In this document: piece by piece, positions 40,105-54,800 of the stretch
Layout of the letters: the number at the start of each line of letters is the position of its first letter
Numbering within the stretch: position 1 is the stretch's first letter
From: Lama guanicoe
Taxonomy: Eukaryota
Direction: 5' to 3'
DNA: 64,000 nucleotides
Assembly: GCA_013239625.1 (NCBI GenBank)
Contig: MU053557.1
Location: 3,936,123-4,000,122, forward strand
Translations under genes and position numbers: made by a program
The notes under the pieces: model-generated
Databases searched by the model: none
The model's input: the letters and a program-made list of their open reading frames with translations, nothing else
Told to the model about the DNA's origin: nothing

Positions 40105-40120
40105 GATGATGATGATGATG
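40063..40120. repeat. (ATT)n(ATG)n trinucleotide microsatellite
   Basis: Visible directly; lies at the tail of the minus-strand L1. Confidence 0.9.
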
Positions 40121-41650
40121 AAATAGTTTACATATCATAAAATTCTTGCTTTTAAAGTATATAATTCAGTGGTTTCTAGTCTACTTACAAAATTGCACAA
40201 CTCTCACTACTATCTAATTCCAGCACATTTCATCACCCCTAAAAGAAACTCCATACCCATTAGCAGTCACTCCCATTTCCCTATTCTTCTAGCCCCTGGC
40301 AATCTCGAGTCTAATTCTTGCCTATGGATTTTCTACTCTTGACACTATATGTAAATAGAATCATCCATTATGTGGTCTTTTGTGTCTTGCTTTTTTCACT
40401 GAGCATAAGATTTTAAAGGTTAATCCGTACTGTAACATGTGTCAATACTTCACTTCCTTTTATTGAGTAATATTCCATTCTATGGCTGCACTACATTCAA
40501 TCATTCATCAACTGATGAATAGGTGGATTGTTTCCAGTTTGGGGCTACTATGAATAAAGGGGCTATGAACATCCATACACAAGTGTTTGTGTGGATATAT
40601 GTTTTCAATCCTCTTGGGAAAATACATAGAAATGAAATTGCTGAGTCATATGGTAACTCAACATTTAACTTTTCCAGGAACTACCAAATTATTTTCCAAA
40701 GCAGACGCACCATTTTATATTCCTATCAGCAGTGAATGAGGGTTCCAATTTCTCCACATCCTTGCCAATACCTTGTCTATTAAAAAAAAATTTTCATTTT
40801 GGCCATCTTAATGGATGTGAAATGGTATCTCATGTTGGTTTTCATTTGCATTTCCCTAGTAACTAATGATGATACACATATTTTCATGTGCTTATTGGCC
40901 ATTTCTATATTTTTTTTGGAAAAATGCCTATTGAAGTCCTTCGTTTGGTTTTAAACTAAATTATTTGTCTGATTATTGTTGAACTGTAAATGTTTTTTAT
41001 ATATTCTAAACACTAGTCCCTTATCAGAGATATGATTTGCAAATATTTTCTCCCATTCACTTGTTTTAAGTGTAAAAGTCTTTAATTTTGATGATGTCCA
41101 ATTTATCTATTTTCTGTTTCTTGAAGTCTTAGCGTCATATCTAAGAAACCAATGCCTATTCAAAGGTCACAAAGATTTACACTTATGTTTTCTTCTAAGA
41201 ATTCTACAATTAGGTATTAATTTAAGTCTCTGATCAATTTTGAGTTAATTTCTATTATGATTTTTTACACAAAATGAAGAGGGGGTGTCCAATCTAATTG
41301 TTTTTATCTGTGGACATCCAGTTGTCCCAATACCAATTTCTGAAAAGGCTATTCTTTCTTCAGTGAATTGTTTTGTCATTCATGTCCAAAGTCAACTGAC
41401 GATAAATAGAAGAATTTATTTTTGGATTCTTAGTTCTATTATACATTTTCTTGATTATCATAACATTGTAGTAACTTTTTAAATTGGGAAGTGTGAGCCC
41501 TCCAACTTTTCTTCTTTTTCAAGACTGTTTTGGCTATTCTGGGTACCTTGTATCTCCATAAGAATTTTAGGATCAGCTTATTCATTTTCCAAAAAGGGCA
41601 GGAAAAGACTTTGATAGGGAGTACTGCAATCCTAATAATATTAAATCCTG
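40121..41650 (-). mobile_element. Old L1 (L1MB-like) 3' part
   Basis: Antisense L1 3' motifs (ccattagcagtcactccc, tttccagtttggggctactatgaataaag, gtgaaatggtatctcatg). Confidence 0.8.
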
Positions 41651-42379
41651 TTGGATGGGGTCATTTTGTTATAAAGGCATTATTGGCACAGACAACAAAA
41701 TTTGAATGGAGTCTTGAAGAGTACATAATAAGCTATTTGTTCTATTCTTGCAAAAATTATTTAAAAATAAAAATTAAAAATTTTAAATGTGTTCTTCCTA
41801 ATTGCTTGCAAAACAGGTACAGTAACCTGATAAAACTGTTCTTCCAAGAAAGCAAGGTCAAAGGACAGCAGTGATTTCAGAATGTAAAATAACACGAGAA
41901 TATGGAAAGGATATGCTACACAGGCTGAGTTTTTAAGTAAATTCTCAAACAAACCTTAAGACTCTCTCTACCTCCCCCCAACCAATAGACAAAGAAAATA
42001 TTTCAGAATTCCTTAGGAAAAGAAACCTCTATTTCATAGTGGTATTTAAAAAAAAATTTTTTTTTTCAGTATTAACCCGGGGTTGCCTGAAAGGTCTTGT
42101 TTACATCGGAATAAAGAACTGCCGTGCTATTGAAAGACATTTTTGAGGAGTTCAAATGACTTTGTATCAAGGATTTCCTGGTTCCCACATGCTGCAATAT
42201 TTCCCTTTCAAGAAGTAAACAGGTAACCCATGTGTGAACATTAATAGGCTCCAAACTCTGGGGCCCATTTTCATCAGAAGCAGAAGTTTAACCAACTATA
42301 GCCCCATTCAGCCCAATCCTCAGAGAAGCACGTTTATATCAGTCCTCCTCTGACCTTATGTCTAAATTCCTGATCTTCA

Positions 42380-44157
42380 GGAAAGCCTTCCTGCTAAAAT
42401 CTGGAATAAAACAAGGATGCCTAGTCTCACCATTTCTATTGAACATAATACTGGAAGTTCTAGCCACAGCAGTCAGAAAAGAAAAAGAAATTAAAGGGAT
42501 CCAAATTGGAAGAGAAGAGGTAAAACTGTCATTATCTGCAGATGACATGATACTATATAAAGAAAACCCTCAAGACTCCAGACAAAAACTACTAGAGCTG
42601 GTAAACAAATTCAGCAAGGTAGCAGGATACAATATCAACATACAGAAATCTGCTGCATTTTTTTACACAAATGATAAAATAGAAAGGGAAAGTAAAAAAG
42701 CAATCCCTTTTAAAATCACATATAAAAAAAAACACTTAGAAATAAACCTGACCAAGGAGGCGAAAGACTTACAGGTAAGATAACTATAGAACACTGATTA
42801 AAGAAATTAAAGATGATTTAAAGAAATGGAAAGATATCCCATGCTCTTGAATTGGAAGAATTAATATTGTTAACACGGCCATACTATCCAAAGCAATCTA
42901 CACATTTAATGCAATCCCTATCAAATTACCCAGAACATTTTTCACAGAAATAGAACAAACAATTCTAAAATTTATACGAAATCACAAAAGACCCAGAATT
43001 GGCAAAGCAATACCGAAGAAAAAGAACAAAGCTGGAGGAATAACCCACTCAGACTTCAGACAATACTACAAAGCTACAGTAATCAAAACAGCATGGTAGT
43101 GGCACAAAAACAGAAATAGTTCAATGGAACAGAATAGGGAGCCCAGAAATAAATCCATACCCGTATGGTCAATTAATCTATGACGAAGGAGACAAGAATA
43201 TACAATGGAGAAAAGATAGTCTTTTTGGCAAGTGGTGTTGGGATAGCGGGACAGCCACACGTAAATCAGTAAAATTAGAACATTCCACCACACCATATAC
43301 AAAAATAAACTCAAAATGGTTTAAACACCTAAATATAATATGTGACACCATAAAACTCCTAGAAGAGAACATAGGCAAAACATTCTCTGATATAAATCAT
43401 AGCAATGTTTTCTAATCCAGCCTACCAAGGCAACAGAAACAAAAGCAAAAATAAACAAATGGGACCTAATTAAACTTACAAGCTTTTGCACAGTGAAAGA
43501 AAGTATAAACAAAATAAAAAGACAGTCTATGGAATGGGAGAAAATATGTCCAAACATTGCAACTGACAAGGGCTTAATTTCCAGAATATATAAACAGCTC
43601 ATACAACTCAATAACAAAAACACAAACAACCCAATAAAAAGAGTGGGCAGAAGACCTAAACAGACATTTATCCAAAGACGACACACAGATGGCCAAGAGG
43701 CACTTGAAAAGATGTTCAATATCACTAATTATCAGAAGAACACTAATCTAAACTCTAATGAGTTACCACCTCACATTCATCAGAATGTCCATCATTAAAA
43801 AGTTTACAAATAACAAATGCTGGAGAAGGTGTGGAGAAAAGAGAACACTCCTACACTGTTGGTGGGAATGTAAATTGATAGTCACTATGGAAAACGATAT
43901 GGGGTTTCCTTAAAAAGCTAAAAATAGAATTGCCCTATGATCCAGCAATCCCACTCTTAGGCATATATCTGGAGAATACTCTAATTCAAAAAGATACGTG
44001 CACCCCAATGTTCACAGCAGAACTGTTTACAATAGTCAAGACATGGAAGCAACCTAAATGTCCATAAAGAAGGTGTGTGTGTGTGTGTGTGTGTGTATAC
44101 AGACATACACACAATGGAGAATTACTCAGCAATAAAAAAAGAATGAAATAATGCCAA
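42380..44157 (+). mobile_element. L1 ORF2 fragment, truncated at both ends
   Basis: [59 protein letters not shown] (RT domain). Confidence 0.95.
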
Positions 44158-44234
44158 ACTTGGAAAGGTTAAATTGTTAAAATAAATTCATTTCATGGTG
44201 ATATGGTGCCATTATTAGCTTCACCCTGCAAGCT

Positions 44235-44685
44235 TGTTAAAGAAAAGTTATTTGAAATGTTAAAATAGTAAGGAAGACATTATTCAAGGTATAATCTTGA
44301 ATATCCCTATTGCAATGAGGGAGAGAGATTGGGCTCAACTCTGAATACAACAAGCAGGGATTTTAACCAAGAAGCAGGGTGAGGAGGTCAGCAGATGGAA
44401 AATTACTAATGCAAGATATTAAAGATGATTCTTGCTAAAGGCAGGCCAAGGACTTATACACTAAAAGTGGGGGATGAAGAATTTGATCAGATATCAGGGA
44501 TGCTCAGATATCAACAGCAGAGGGATGAGTTAGCAGGATTCTATGTTAAGACAGGGTTGGGCAGGCCAAAGACACGAGGTAGATGGGAGGAGAGGGTTGC
44601 AGGGTGGGAGCAAGGTCAAGGCCTAGTTGAGAAGAGAACTTAGAGGAGCCTAACTCAAGTTTGTTCAAGAAGAAAATCTCTGTCA
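44235..44685. mobile_element. ERV1-class solo LTR (MER4-group-like)
   Basis: TG...CA termini and a perfect 4-bp TSD AGCT (44231-44234, 44686-44689). Confidence 0.75.
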
Positions 44686-46123
44686 AGCTAAACAAAAGAC
44701 AGTGGCAAAGTTTTTCATTATTTATGGTATACCCAAGATGTAATATAGCCTCTAAGAGTAAATGCTCATTAATATTTACTGAATGATCAAATGACTATCT
44801 GAAGAAACTAAGGCTTCTAGCAGTTCAATAATTTACACAAGGTCACAGAGGGAATGGTGGACACGGCAATGAATTCAGGTTCACAACAATCTCAAAGTTT
44901 CAGCTCTCAGTAATAGTATGATGCTTGTCCTCCAGACCATATCAGCACAGGTTCCCGTATTTTATCCTTTTGAAGGGAAACAAATGTGATTAGTCTCTCA
45001 ATCTCTGGCACTACTTCTATTAGTGGTACAGGCAACGTCTTCCAACTCTATCTGCCAAAACTGCAAGAGTTGCTTCCAAGGTCTTTTCATAGAGTCATTC
45101 TATTTGAAAACTGGCACATTCCAAAATAAGCATCCTTATAACCATTTTCAAAGACTTCGAGTGAAACATGGTTTGATGAAAGCACAATTAAGCTTATTTA
45201 AATCACGCCAAATGGTTGGTGGCTTGTCTATTGAAACTTACTGTATTAATGGAAGATGTCAGTGGCCATGTATGTTAACTATGGCCCAGAGCAAAGTTAA
45301 GATATCATTCTTGAACCATCAGCCTGCATTTAGGGGTTAGACTAGAAAATCATGGCCAAAACTTCAGAGATAGTCCAGCCACGGCAACCACTAGATCCAT
45401 TCTTGGTCAAGACAGTCATATAACTCTTTATTTTGGCCTTGAGGAAGCCCTCCCTACAAGGACCCTAAAGCTTCCACCAGAAATCTGGCAGGTAAATGAG
45501 GTATGACTGCTTATTACCAGCTCCACCCATTGTACCATCTCCCCAAGTTTGGGATACTTGGGGAAATTATCCCCCTTCTAAAAAGCATGAATTACTGCTT
45601 GTTCGCACTGAATCAAGACTCAGATAGATGTTGATACCTTTCCTCTGTGTCCAGTGTGGGGTCTCAACTGCCAACACTTTCCATGTGGTGCTGGAGAAGA
45701 GAAGAGGAAAGAGGGGAACCTGAGAAATGGTAAAACCTATGCAGCTGCCATGCTGATGACTGCTCCCGAAAAAAGTAGCGCAGCAAAGACTATGCAGTAA
45801 ACCCAGTGAAATTACTTAACTTCTTTGTGACTTCACAACCTCATCAGTAGAACAAAGAAAATGGTAGTAACTATCTGTCAGATGTGTTATAAGGATCAAA
45901 GTGTGTAACAGATGTTGAAAGCATTCAAGTGTTTAAGTACCTAAAGAGGTAAGGAAATAATGCCAGTTTTACCGGGTCTTATCATCTATTAAAATGACAG
46001 GTATAATCATCTCTTTTTCATAATAAAATAAATTCTATACCTAGCAGATGTTTCTGACCTCTTCCCAGGATGCTGTTGATGGAAGTAGCTATTTCACATT
46101 TGAGGCAGGAACTCTTGACGCTG

Positions 46124-46128
46124 TATAA
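46124..46128 (+). promoter_or_regulatory. TATA-like element of the SPINK9 locus
   Basis: TATAA about 87 nt upstream of the mutated start codon position, similar spacing to SPINK7. Confidence 0.5.
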
Positions 46129-46210
46129 GGCAGAAACCAAATGGGCTGGGCAGACACCAGAAAGTCACTTCTTTTTCCTCCATCTGACTGTCCTTGGCCA
46201 CTGGAGCAGT

Positions 46211-49200
46211 AGGAGAGCAACAGCCTTTGTCCTGCTCTTGGCTCAGACACTTACAACCATAGTCAGTGAGTATCTCCCTCATAACTCTGCCCCTGCCCTG
46301 ATACCAACAGCTCATGTCATCTTCTGCCCATATAATTCTGGAATAAACACATCATATAGATAACAAGGGAAGCTTTTTGAAATGCATTCTTTCGTCTCTA
46401 CCAATAAACCACGAAATTGTGTCATCTCGGGGCCAAGTGGACCTAAATGTCAACTAACGCCAAATTCTTATCCATATAAACATTTTGTGTAGCTTCTTTG
46501 GGAAATGTTCATCCAAACTATGCTTTTGACTTAACACCACTTATACAGACCTCATTTCATCATAAAACAGTCCAACCATCGTTTGGCAACATGACCTATT
46601 CTTCCATTACTGAGTTGACATATGGCTCCCAAGAATTTTCAACTGCTGGTCCAAAATTCTACCATCTATGCTTGCTACATAATAGCAAATAACTTCCAAG
46701 ATATAAAATTTGTTGATTTTTCAGTATATTCTAAGTTCTGATTATGAAGTTGAAAAGAACAGGAGAAACTTATCAATATCACAGAAACTTTTCCATCCTT
46801 TGGGCTACACTCTAATCCCACTCCAAAAAAGAAAAAGTTCCATATGAAGAGCTTTAACCTTTGATATTATGCTCATACACAGCTCTGAAGAAAATCTTAT
46901 ATTTTTATGACAGTCTGAGAGCTGAAATAAATCAAAGATATTTTTTCTACTAAGATTACATTCTTCTAGAATTTCATTTAATTTTCTCATTTTTGTTTAC
47001 CTTACAGACATAGAATGTGTCAAACACTGTCAACAGGTCAGTATACCCATCTGGATGCAAAAAGTCCTGCTTTCATGTAATTTTAAAGTCAGTATCAGTA
47101 AGGAACTGTTTGATACTATACCTAATTAAATTTCTATATGTTTCAAGATTTATGTTTTAAGTTTCAAAACTGGTTTTATTTAAAACCCTGTAGACAGAGC
47201 TTTCTAAAGTGGGAGTAGTAGAACAAACTGTTTAGAGACCTGGCGTCAGAGTGATAAAGTCCTGGGCTTAAATTCCAGCTCTTTGATCATGTGGCCAAGG
47301 GAAAAAATATTTGCCTCATAAGATTATTGTGAGACTTAGAGTCAAAATGTTTGAAAAGGGCTTAGCACAGTACCTGACACGTAGAAAAGCTCAACAATGA
47401 CAAGTTATGATTCTTATAATGTTTAAATGGGTCACACGTCTTTGTTCTAGAACTACCATAAAGAATAAAGATTTTAATTGAATCATTTTTCATGATTCAT
47501 AGTAAGTAATGACTACTGTTGAGAAAATCTAGATGTGGTAGTCAAAACTTAAGCCAGCTGTCAGGTAATCTGGGCTCTGGACAAGCTCTACCACCTTTTA
47601 GCTGCATAACCCTGTGGACCCAGGCAGCTCCTTCCACCTTTTTGAGTCTTTTATCTTCTCTGTTAAAGAAAACAAGAGTGTAAAGAATATAAATTTTGGA
47701 GTCAGGACTGAGTTTAAGCCTTCCATCAAGATTTAACAGCTGTGTGAGAATAAAAATCGTTAATGAACAGTAAGCTTTAGCAGCTTCCTGGTCACACTGT
47801 CTATATGACATAAATCTTGCACTGAGATTTGAGCGAACAAGAAGTGGAATGATGCCAGCATTTACTCATCATGGGCACTATACTTTCATTCTCCACTAGG
47901 CTCCACTAGCCTCTGAAGTCCATCTACCATCATGTCATGCTTATTCATCTTTGCAATGCCAGCACTCAGCTCAGCCCTAAAACCTGGAAGGTACATGGAG
48001 AATAGTAACTAAAGAAATGAACGAATGAATGAATGAATAGAACATATCTGGAGGGGAAAATGAATTCAACTTTAAGTCTGAGCATATCTCAGGCTCTCCA
48101 AGTGGAGATATCCAACAGTTAGAAAAATAATCTGTCTGGAAGTCTGGGACAGAAGGAGCTGGAAATAAAGACTGTGTGTGTGTATGTGTGTATATGTATA
48201 TGTGTGTGTGTATATACAGACACTGGATATATATGACTGGATAACTTCTTTATCCAGTCATCTGTTGATGGACACTCAAGGCTTTTTATATGTATTTCCA
48301 GATTGACTGTAGTAATTACAAAAAGTTATTAACAATAGCAGAGAGATTTTTGTTATGACATATATGCAACAATTTGTGTATCTGATGGCAAAACTTATGT
48401 CAATGACTGCTACTTGTGTTATGAAGTTGATTAAGTATTGAAGTATATTTCTTTTCTATATTTAAGGTGTAATAATAATGTGTTAAGAGAAATGTACCTC
48501 AAGTAGAAGTTGTTTACCATGTAAGGAATATGTGAACCACCTCACGTTGACCATGATGAATTCTCACTATTCACAGGATTTTGGAGTCCCTGGTGTCACT
48601 GTTATCACTACACATTCTGAAGGTAAGAGTGAATCAGAGAATTTCTAAGTTGGAAAGAAACTTAAGGGTCATCCAGTACAACTTCTACCTACTAATCTAC
48701 TGCTTAAATTCACTCTACAAAAAGGTTACCAAGTCATCTTGCAGTCTATGCTTGGTATTTTTCCAGGGACAAGGAATGTCACTCCTCCCAGATGTACCAG
48801 TCCACATCTGTTCGGATGAGTCATGTTTATTGTTGGGCTTCAAAAACTAAGTTTGGAAATATTAGAGCTCCTTATTGATTGGGACAAAAGGGGGCACTAA
48901 CTGAAAAACCTAAGAACTTGTTTTGCTTCAGACTATGATTTCTCAACAAAATATATGTTGGAGGTATAATAAAAGTCAAATTTAGAAAATCAAATAGCCA
49001 AAAGCAGTTTGAAAATTACAAAGTAATCATCCAAAAAATTTATTACTATCAGATCAAAAAGCATGAAATGATGAATAATCTACTAGAGTATACAGAAACA
49101 TACAGTTCCTTTTAGGTATTTTCAAAACAAACATAACTGAAAACAAGTATCTAATATATATAATATTGTTCTGATTCCTTTTTTATTAAGAAAAAACACA

Positions 49201-51868
49201 AACAAATGCATGAAAAGCATTTGATAAAACTCAACACCCATTTATGATAAAAACTCTTACCAAAGTGAATATAAAGGGAACATATCTCAATATAATAAAA
49301 GCTATTTGTGACAAACCCACAGCCAGCATAATTCTCAACAGTGAAAACTCATAGCCTTCCCATCAAAATCTGGAACAAGGATGCCCACTTCTGTTCAATA
49401 GTCTTGGGGGTCCTAGCCACAGCAAGCAGGCAAGAAAAAGAAAAGGGATCCAAATTTGAAGAGAAGAGGTAAAACTGTCCCTATATACAGATGACATGAT
49501 ACTATATATATAGAAAACCCTAAAAGCTAAACACAAAAACTACTAGAGCTGATAAAAGAATTTGGCAAGGTAGCAGGATACAAGATTAACATAAAGAAAT
49601 CAGTTGCAAGTCTTCATGCTAACAATGAAATAGCATGAAAGAAAGTATCGAAGCAATCCCTTTTAAAATCACATCCAAAACAATAAAGTACTTAGGAAAT
49701 AAATCTGACCAAGGAGGTGAAAGACTTATACATGGAGAACTACAAAACATTGACTAAGGAATTAAAGATGACTTAAAGTAATGGAAAGATATCCCATGCT
49801 CTTGGATTGGGAGAATCAATACTGTTAAAATGGCCATACTGCCCAAGGCAATCTACAGTTTTAATGAGATCCCTGTTTCTCACAGGGCTACAACAAATAA
49901 TCCTAAAATTTATACGGAATCACAAAAGACCCAGAATTACCAAAGCAATATTGAAGAAAAAGAACTAAGCTGGAGGAATAACCCTCCCAGACTTCAGACA
50001 CTACTACAGAGCTACAGTAACCAAAACAGCAAGATATTGGCATAAAAGCAGCCATATATCAATGGAACAGAATAGACAGCCCCGAAATAAACCCACAGAC
50101 CTACAGGCAATTAATCTTCAACAAAGGAGGCAAGAATGTACAATGGAGAAAAGACAGTCTCTTCAGCAAGTAGTGTTGGGAAAACTGGATAGCAGCCTGT
50201 AAATCAATGAAATTAGAACACTCCCCCACACCATACTCAGAAACAAACTCAAAATGGCTTAAAGACTTAAACATAAGAAAAGACACTATAAACCTCTCAG
50301 AAGAAAACATAGGCAAAACATTCTCTGACATAAATCTCAGCAATGTTCTCCTAGCGCAATCTACCCAAGCAATAGAAATAAAAGCAAAAATATACAAATC
50401 GGACCTAATTAAACTTATAAGTTTTTTGCACAGCAAAAGAAACCATAGGCAAAACAAAAAGAGAACCTACAGAATGGGAGAAAATACTTGCAAAAGATGA
50501 GACTATAGGGACTTACTTTCCAGAATATATAAACACTTCCTACAACTTAGTAACAAAAAAACAAACAACACAATCCCAAAAAAGACCTAAACAAGCAATT
50601 TTCCAGTGACGACATACAAATAGCCAATAGGCACATGAAAAAATGCTCAATATCGCTAATTATCAGAGAAATGCAAATCACAACTACAATGAGGTATCAC
50701 CTCACACCAGTCAGAATGCTCATCATTCAAAAGTCCACAAATGATAAATGCTGGACAGAGTATGGAGAAAAGGGAGTCCTCCTACACCGTTGGTGGGAAT
50801 GTAAACTGGTACAGCCACTATGGAAAACAGTATGGAGATTCCTCAAAAAATTAAAAATAGACTTACTATATGATCCAGCAATCCCACTGCTACGAATATA
50901 TTCAGAGGAAACCTTAATTCAAAAAGATACATGCATCCCAATGTTCACAGCAGCACTATATATAATAGCCAAGACATGGAAACAACCTTAATGTCCATTG
51001 ACAGATGGCTGGATAAAAAAGCTATGGTATATTTATACAATGGAATACTACTCAGCCATTAAAAAGAATAAAATAATGCCATTTGCAGCAACATGGATGG
51101 CCCTGGAGATCATCATTCTAAGTGAAGTCAGCCAGAAAGAGAAAGAAAAATACCATATATGGAATCTAAAAAAAAGACAAAAAGTGGACAGTAATGAATG
51201 CATCTACAAAACAAAACAGAAACAGACTCACAGACATGGAAAACAAACTTACAGTTACCAGGGGTGCAAGGTAGTGGGAAGGGATAAATTTGGGAGTTTG
51301 AGATCTACAAATGTTAGCCAGCATATATAAAAATGGATTTTAAAAAACCAAATTTCTTCTGCATAGCACAGGGAACTATATTCAATATCTTGTAATAACC
51401 ATTAATGAAAAACAATATGAAAACAGGCATATGTATGTATATGCATGACTGGGACATTGTGCTGTAAACCAGAAATTGATTCATTGTAACTGACTACTTC
51501 AATTAAAAAAATAATAAAAGAAGAAAAAAGAAAAAGCAAACTCTTACAAAAAAAGGTTTCTAAACATGTGTCTTCTTTAATTTAAAAAGATCCATTAAGA
51601 TATGCTTTTAGTGACATAAACTGATTGTGACGTATTATGAGCCTCATCCCTAGGTAATGAGCACCAATTGCTAAAATATTCCTAAATTGCAGTCACTCCT
51701 TTTAAAAACATCAATAAGTGGGGAGTAGGGTTCATTGTTGGGGGTTCACTGGTGAAGTCTGCATGTTAATGACATCCCTATGGCTCCAGCATTTCTCATT
51801 TGTTGCTATTTTCTCTCCACAGGAAAACTAACAACAAACTTACATTTGTACAGTTTGGAGAATGTTGA
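46211..51868 (+). pseudogene. SPINK9: SPINK9 pseudogene. Exon remnants 46211-46265, 47008-47036, 48302-48430, 51823-51868
   Basis: Reconstructed [M>R]RATAFVLLLAQTLTTIVNIECVKHCQQIDCSNYKKLLTIAERF[+T]CYDIYATICVSDGKTYVNDCYLCYEVEKTNNKLTFVQFGEC* aligns with recalled human SPINK9. Lesions: AGG at the ATG position (46211), an extra T at 48347-48351 giving TGA at 48356, and an exon-3 donor TTAAGT instead of GTAAGT (48431). AATAAA at 51988-51993. Confidence 0.9.
49205..51535 (+). mobile_element. 5'-truncated L1 (~2.3 kb) in SPINK9 intron 3
   Basis: ORF2 peptides ([15 protein letters not shown]...YDPAIPLL...WIKKLWYIYTMEYYSAIKKN), 3' UTR and A-rich tail. Confidence 0.95.
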
Positions 51869-54800
51869 ATCCATCTTGTGATTACACTTCACAAAAGACA
51901 CATTTTTTTTCTCCCATAGAGTCTATGCCATAATGCCTAATCTTGTCCCTAGTATGTCTTGATTTCTCTGTATAATATAGAAAGTGAAATAAATATGTCT
52001 CTTTTGTTGAAAAGTTGAATCCTCTAGATTGGTTTCGCTTTTGGGTAATGTCTAATAGACAATCTTAGCACCACATACTGGGAGAAAAAGGGACAATTAA
52101 AACTGGGAGTGGGAAACAGAAAATCAAAGGATGTAAAGCTGATGCCTTCTCTTGCCCAGGCTAGGAAACCATTCCCCGTGCACAACTCAGTTCTTGTGTA
52201 TCCCTGAAACATGAACAGATATAGAGGGACACTTCAAACTTCAAGCACCAGAATCAGGAAATACTATTGCTAGATGTCTCTTGTATTTAAGATGCTGAAA
52301 GCTGTCCTGAATTGAGAACATTCTCTATTTTCTGCCAGAGAACAACTGTAAAACATGGCTGGTAAACGTGCCAGGAAAGTTGTATAAGTTCCCATGAATA
52401 ATTTATCTGATGTCTTCCATGTTCTTCTTTCCATAAACTTTGGTCTCAGGTCTAGGACCTAAAACTTACCTTATCCCATTATTACATTATATATTCTAAA
52501 AACCACATTATTAAATGTTTCAAAGATCTTATTATTTCTCCCAAAGAACAGAGAATGTGCCTTGGAGTGGCCAAAAGTCTCATCTGAACCAGGTACTAGC
52601 ATTTAAGAATCATTCATGAAGACCAGTGGTCCTCAAATAGTATCCTAAGGAACTCTTAGAAGTCCCTGGGGTTGCCTGAACAGCACCATAAAGAAAAAGC
52701 AAGCCCAGAAAGTCAGAATCCTTTATTCCCTCTTCAATTCAGAGATACTTCTCTTTCATTTATTTTTATATTGGGTTATAGAAAGATTTCCCAGCTCCAC
52801 CACTGGATAGCTGTTTGAACTCGGGCAAGTTTTTAATTTCTCTGGCTCAATTTCCTTCATCATTAGTTATGCTGGGATTCTGTCTGTACCCTCTTCATAC
52901 CACTGTAGGGATTAAACGCATGCATGAATGAAACGTGCTTAGAATAGTCATGGTATGGTACAGAATAAGCACTCAATAAGTACTATTATTATTGTTAAAA
53001 TATATAAAATATAAAAATGTAATACAATCCTCACACTCAATGCAGGAATTGTCCTTACAGGATTCTAACAGGTACTCTTGCAGTTTTTTCTGAGTCCTCT
53101 TGAGTGAGAAGGAGCTCACTCCTTCCTGAGGCAATGGTTAATGGGGAAATCTTACTATCAAAACATCCTATTTTTATCAAGCTTAGATTTATCCCGTATT
53201 ATTTACCCTCTCATTTGTCCTAAATACAGCCCTCGGAGCCACAAATAAAAAGTCTAATTGGGACCCCTTTCAGTAAAGGTAATTCTTTTGTACCTCCTGA
53301 GTTTACAAATATTAGTTGAAGAAAACCTTGGAACAGGTCCTATACTAAATGCTTTACATTGTGACATCATTTAATTCACAAAACAATCTTAATAATAAAT
53401 TTAAGTATATTATATATATAGATACATGAGTGTTTTTAATATTTACTATGATACATTTAACAGCTAATCCCTATCCCCAGAGCAGCTCATTGGATCAGAT
53501 TCTGGCTGTCTTTACTCATTTATGGGGAAAAAAATGTGAGTTCAGCCTTTCCAGGCCATATGCACTATGTCCATTTAGTGTTACAGAGAATGCCTTCTAG
53601 CCCAGGAACTTAAAAGGCAGGAGTAGCTATCAGTGGCCCTCTCACAGAGCAATGGAACAGCTCTCTGAAGTTGTCATTTTGCATCGTCAAGAGTCCTTGC
53701 AGCATTTAGCAAATATTAAGAATGTTTTATTGAAATCTTGATTCAAGATAAGTAAGTAATTTCCTAATGTTTGGTATAGTGAGAAGTGCACATGCTGCCC
53801 TTCCTTTGGACAATGTCAGTGCATGGTATCACTAGCTTAGTATGCCCTTTAACAATGAGCACAAGTAGCTCTTGACCCATCAACCTGTACTTGATTTCTT
53901 AGGGTTAATCCTATTTGGAGACAAAGCAATCATGGTCCAAAGCATGAGGGACAGCCCAGCTTCTGAATCATGGGGTTCTTAAGATATCCACATGGACCCT
54001 ACATACTTGTGCTTGAAGATGCCAGTGATCTTCTTAGGAAACTTGAATAAACATCTTCTAAAAAAGAATGAGTGTTTTCCCAGTAGGTATCTGGCTAGCT
54101 CTCTCACTAGCTCCACTTGTACCACAAAATTTGGGGCTCTCGAGAAAGCCATTCTCTACTGTAAAGCATGCATCACTGCTTAAGCTTTGTTGACAAAGAT
54201 CAACGAATGGATTCCTCTGCTTTGTTTCTGTCCCGTCTGGAACCAGATTTACAGGCTTCCAGTTGATGAGGACTCTGAATAAAAGGCCAAGACAGCTGGT
54301 GTTGACAGACATACTGATCACTTCATCAGATGAATGAAAATGGCACTACTGCAGAAAATGAGTACTGAACCCAGAAACCAGGAACCAGAAATGTCTGTTA
54401 TTTCAGACATTTACTGGTTCTGATATCTTAGGGAAGATGTTACCTTCTCTAAAGACCCAGTTTCCTCTTCAGTAAATTGGAGATGATTGTAATTCCCAAC
54501 TGAGACTTACATGTGAATCAGATAACACATGTGAAAGCACTAAGAATTATTAATACACCATGCAAATGTAAATTTGTATTGTATTCTGGGTCATACTAAG
54601 CATTCATTTGGGTCATATTATGTAATCATCTTTTACAAGAAAATCTTTCCCATGATACATTAGGTCTTTTAAACCTGTTCTAAGTCCCGTTCTAGGAAGT
54701 AACCATCTCTTAATAGAGATGACACATCTGACCAGGATATTATGCAAACGTCAAATAGGCTAGGTTGATAATAGGAGATCATTTCTACTGACTCCACCTT

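Noticed and set aside
45023..45340. 105-aa Cys-containing ORF upstream of SPINK9
   Set aside because: Starts at GTG, has no signal peptide, no Kazal spacing and no splice support.
46070..46363. 97-aa ORF providing an upstream in-frame ATG for SPINK9
   Set aside because: The ATG lies upstream of the TATA-like element and would bury the signal peptide; the downstream frameshift and donor loss remain.
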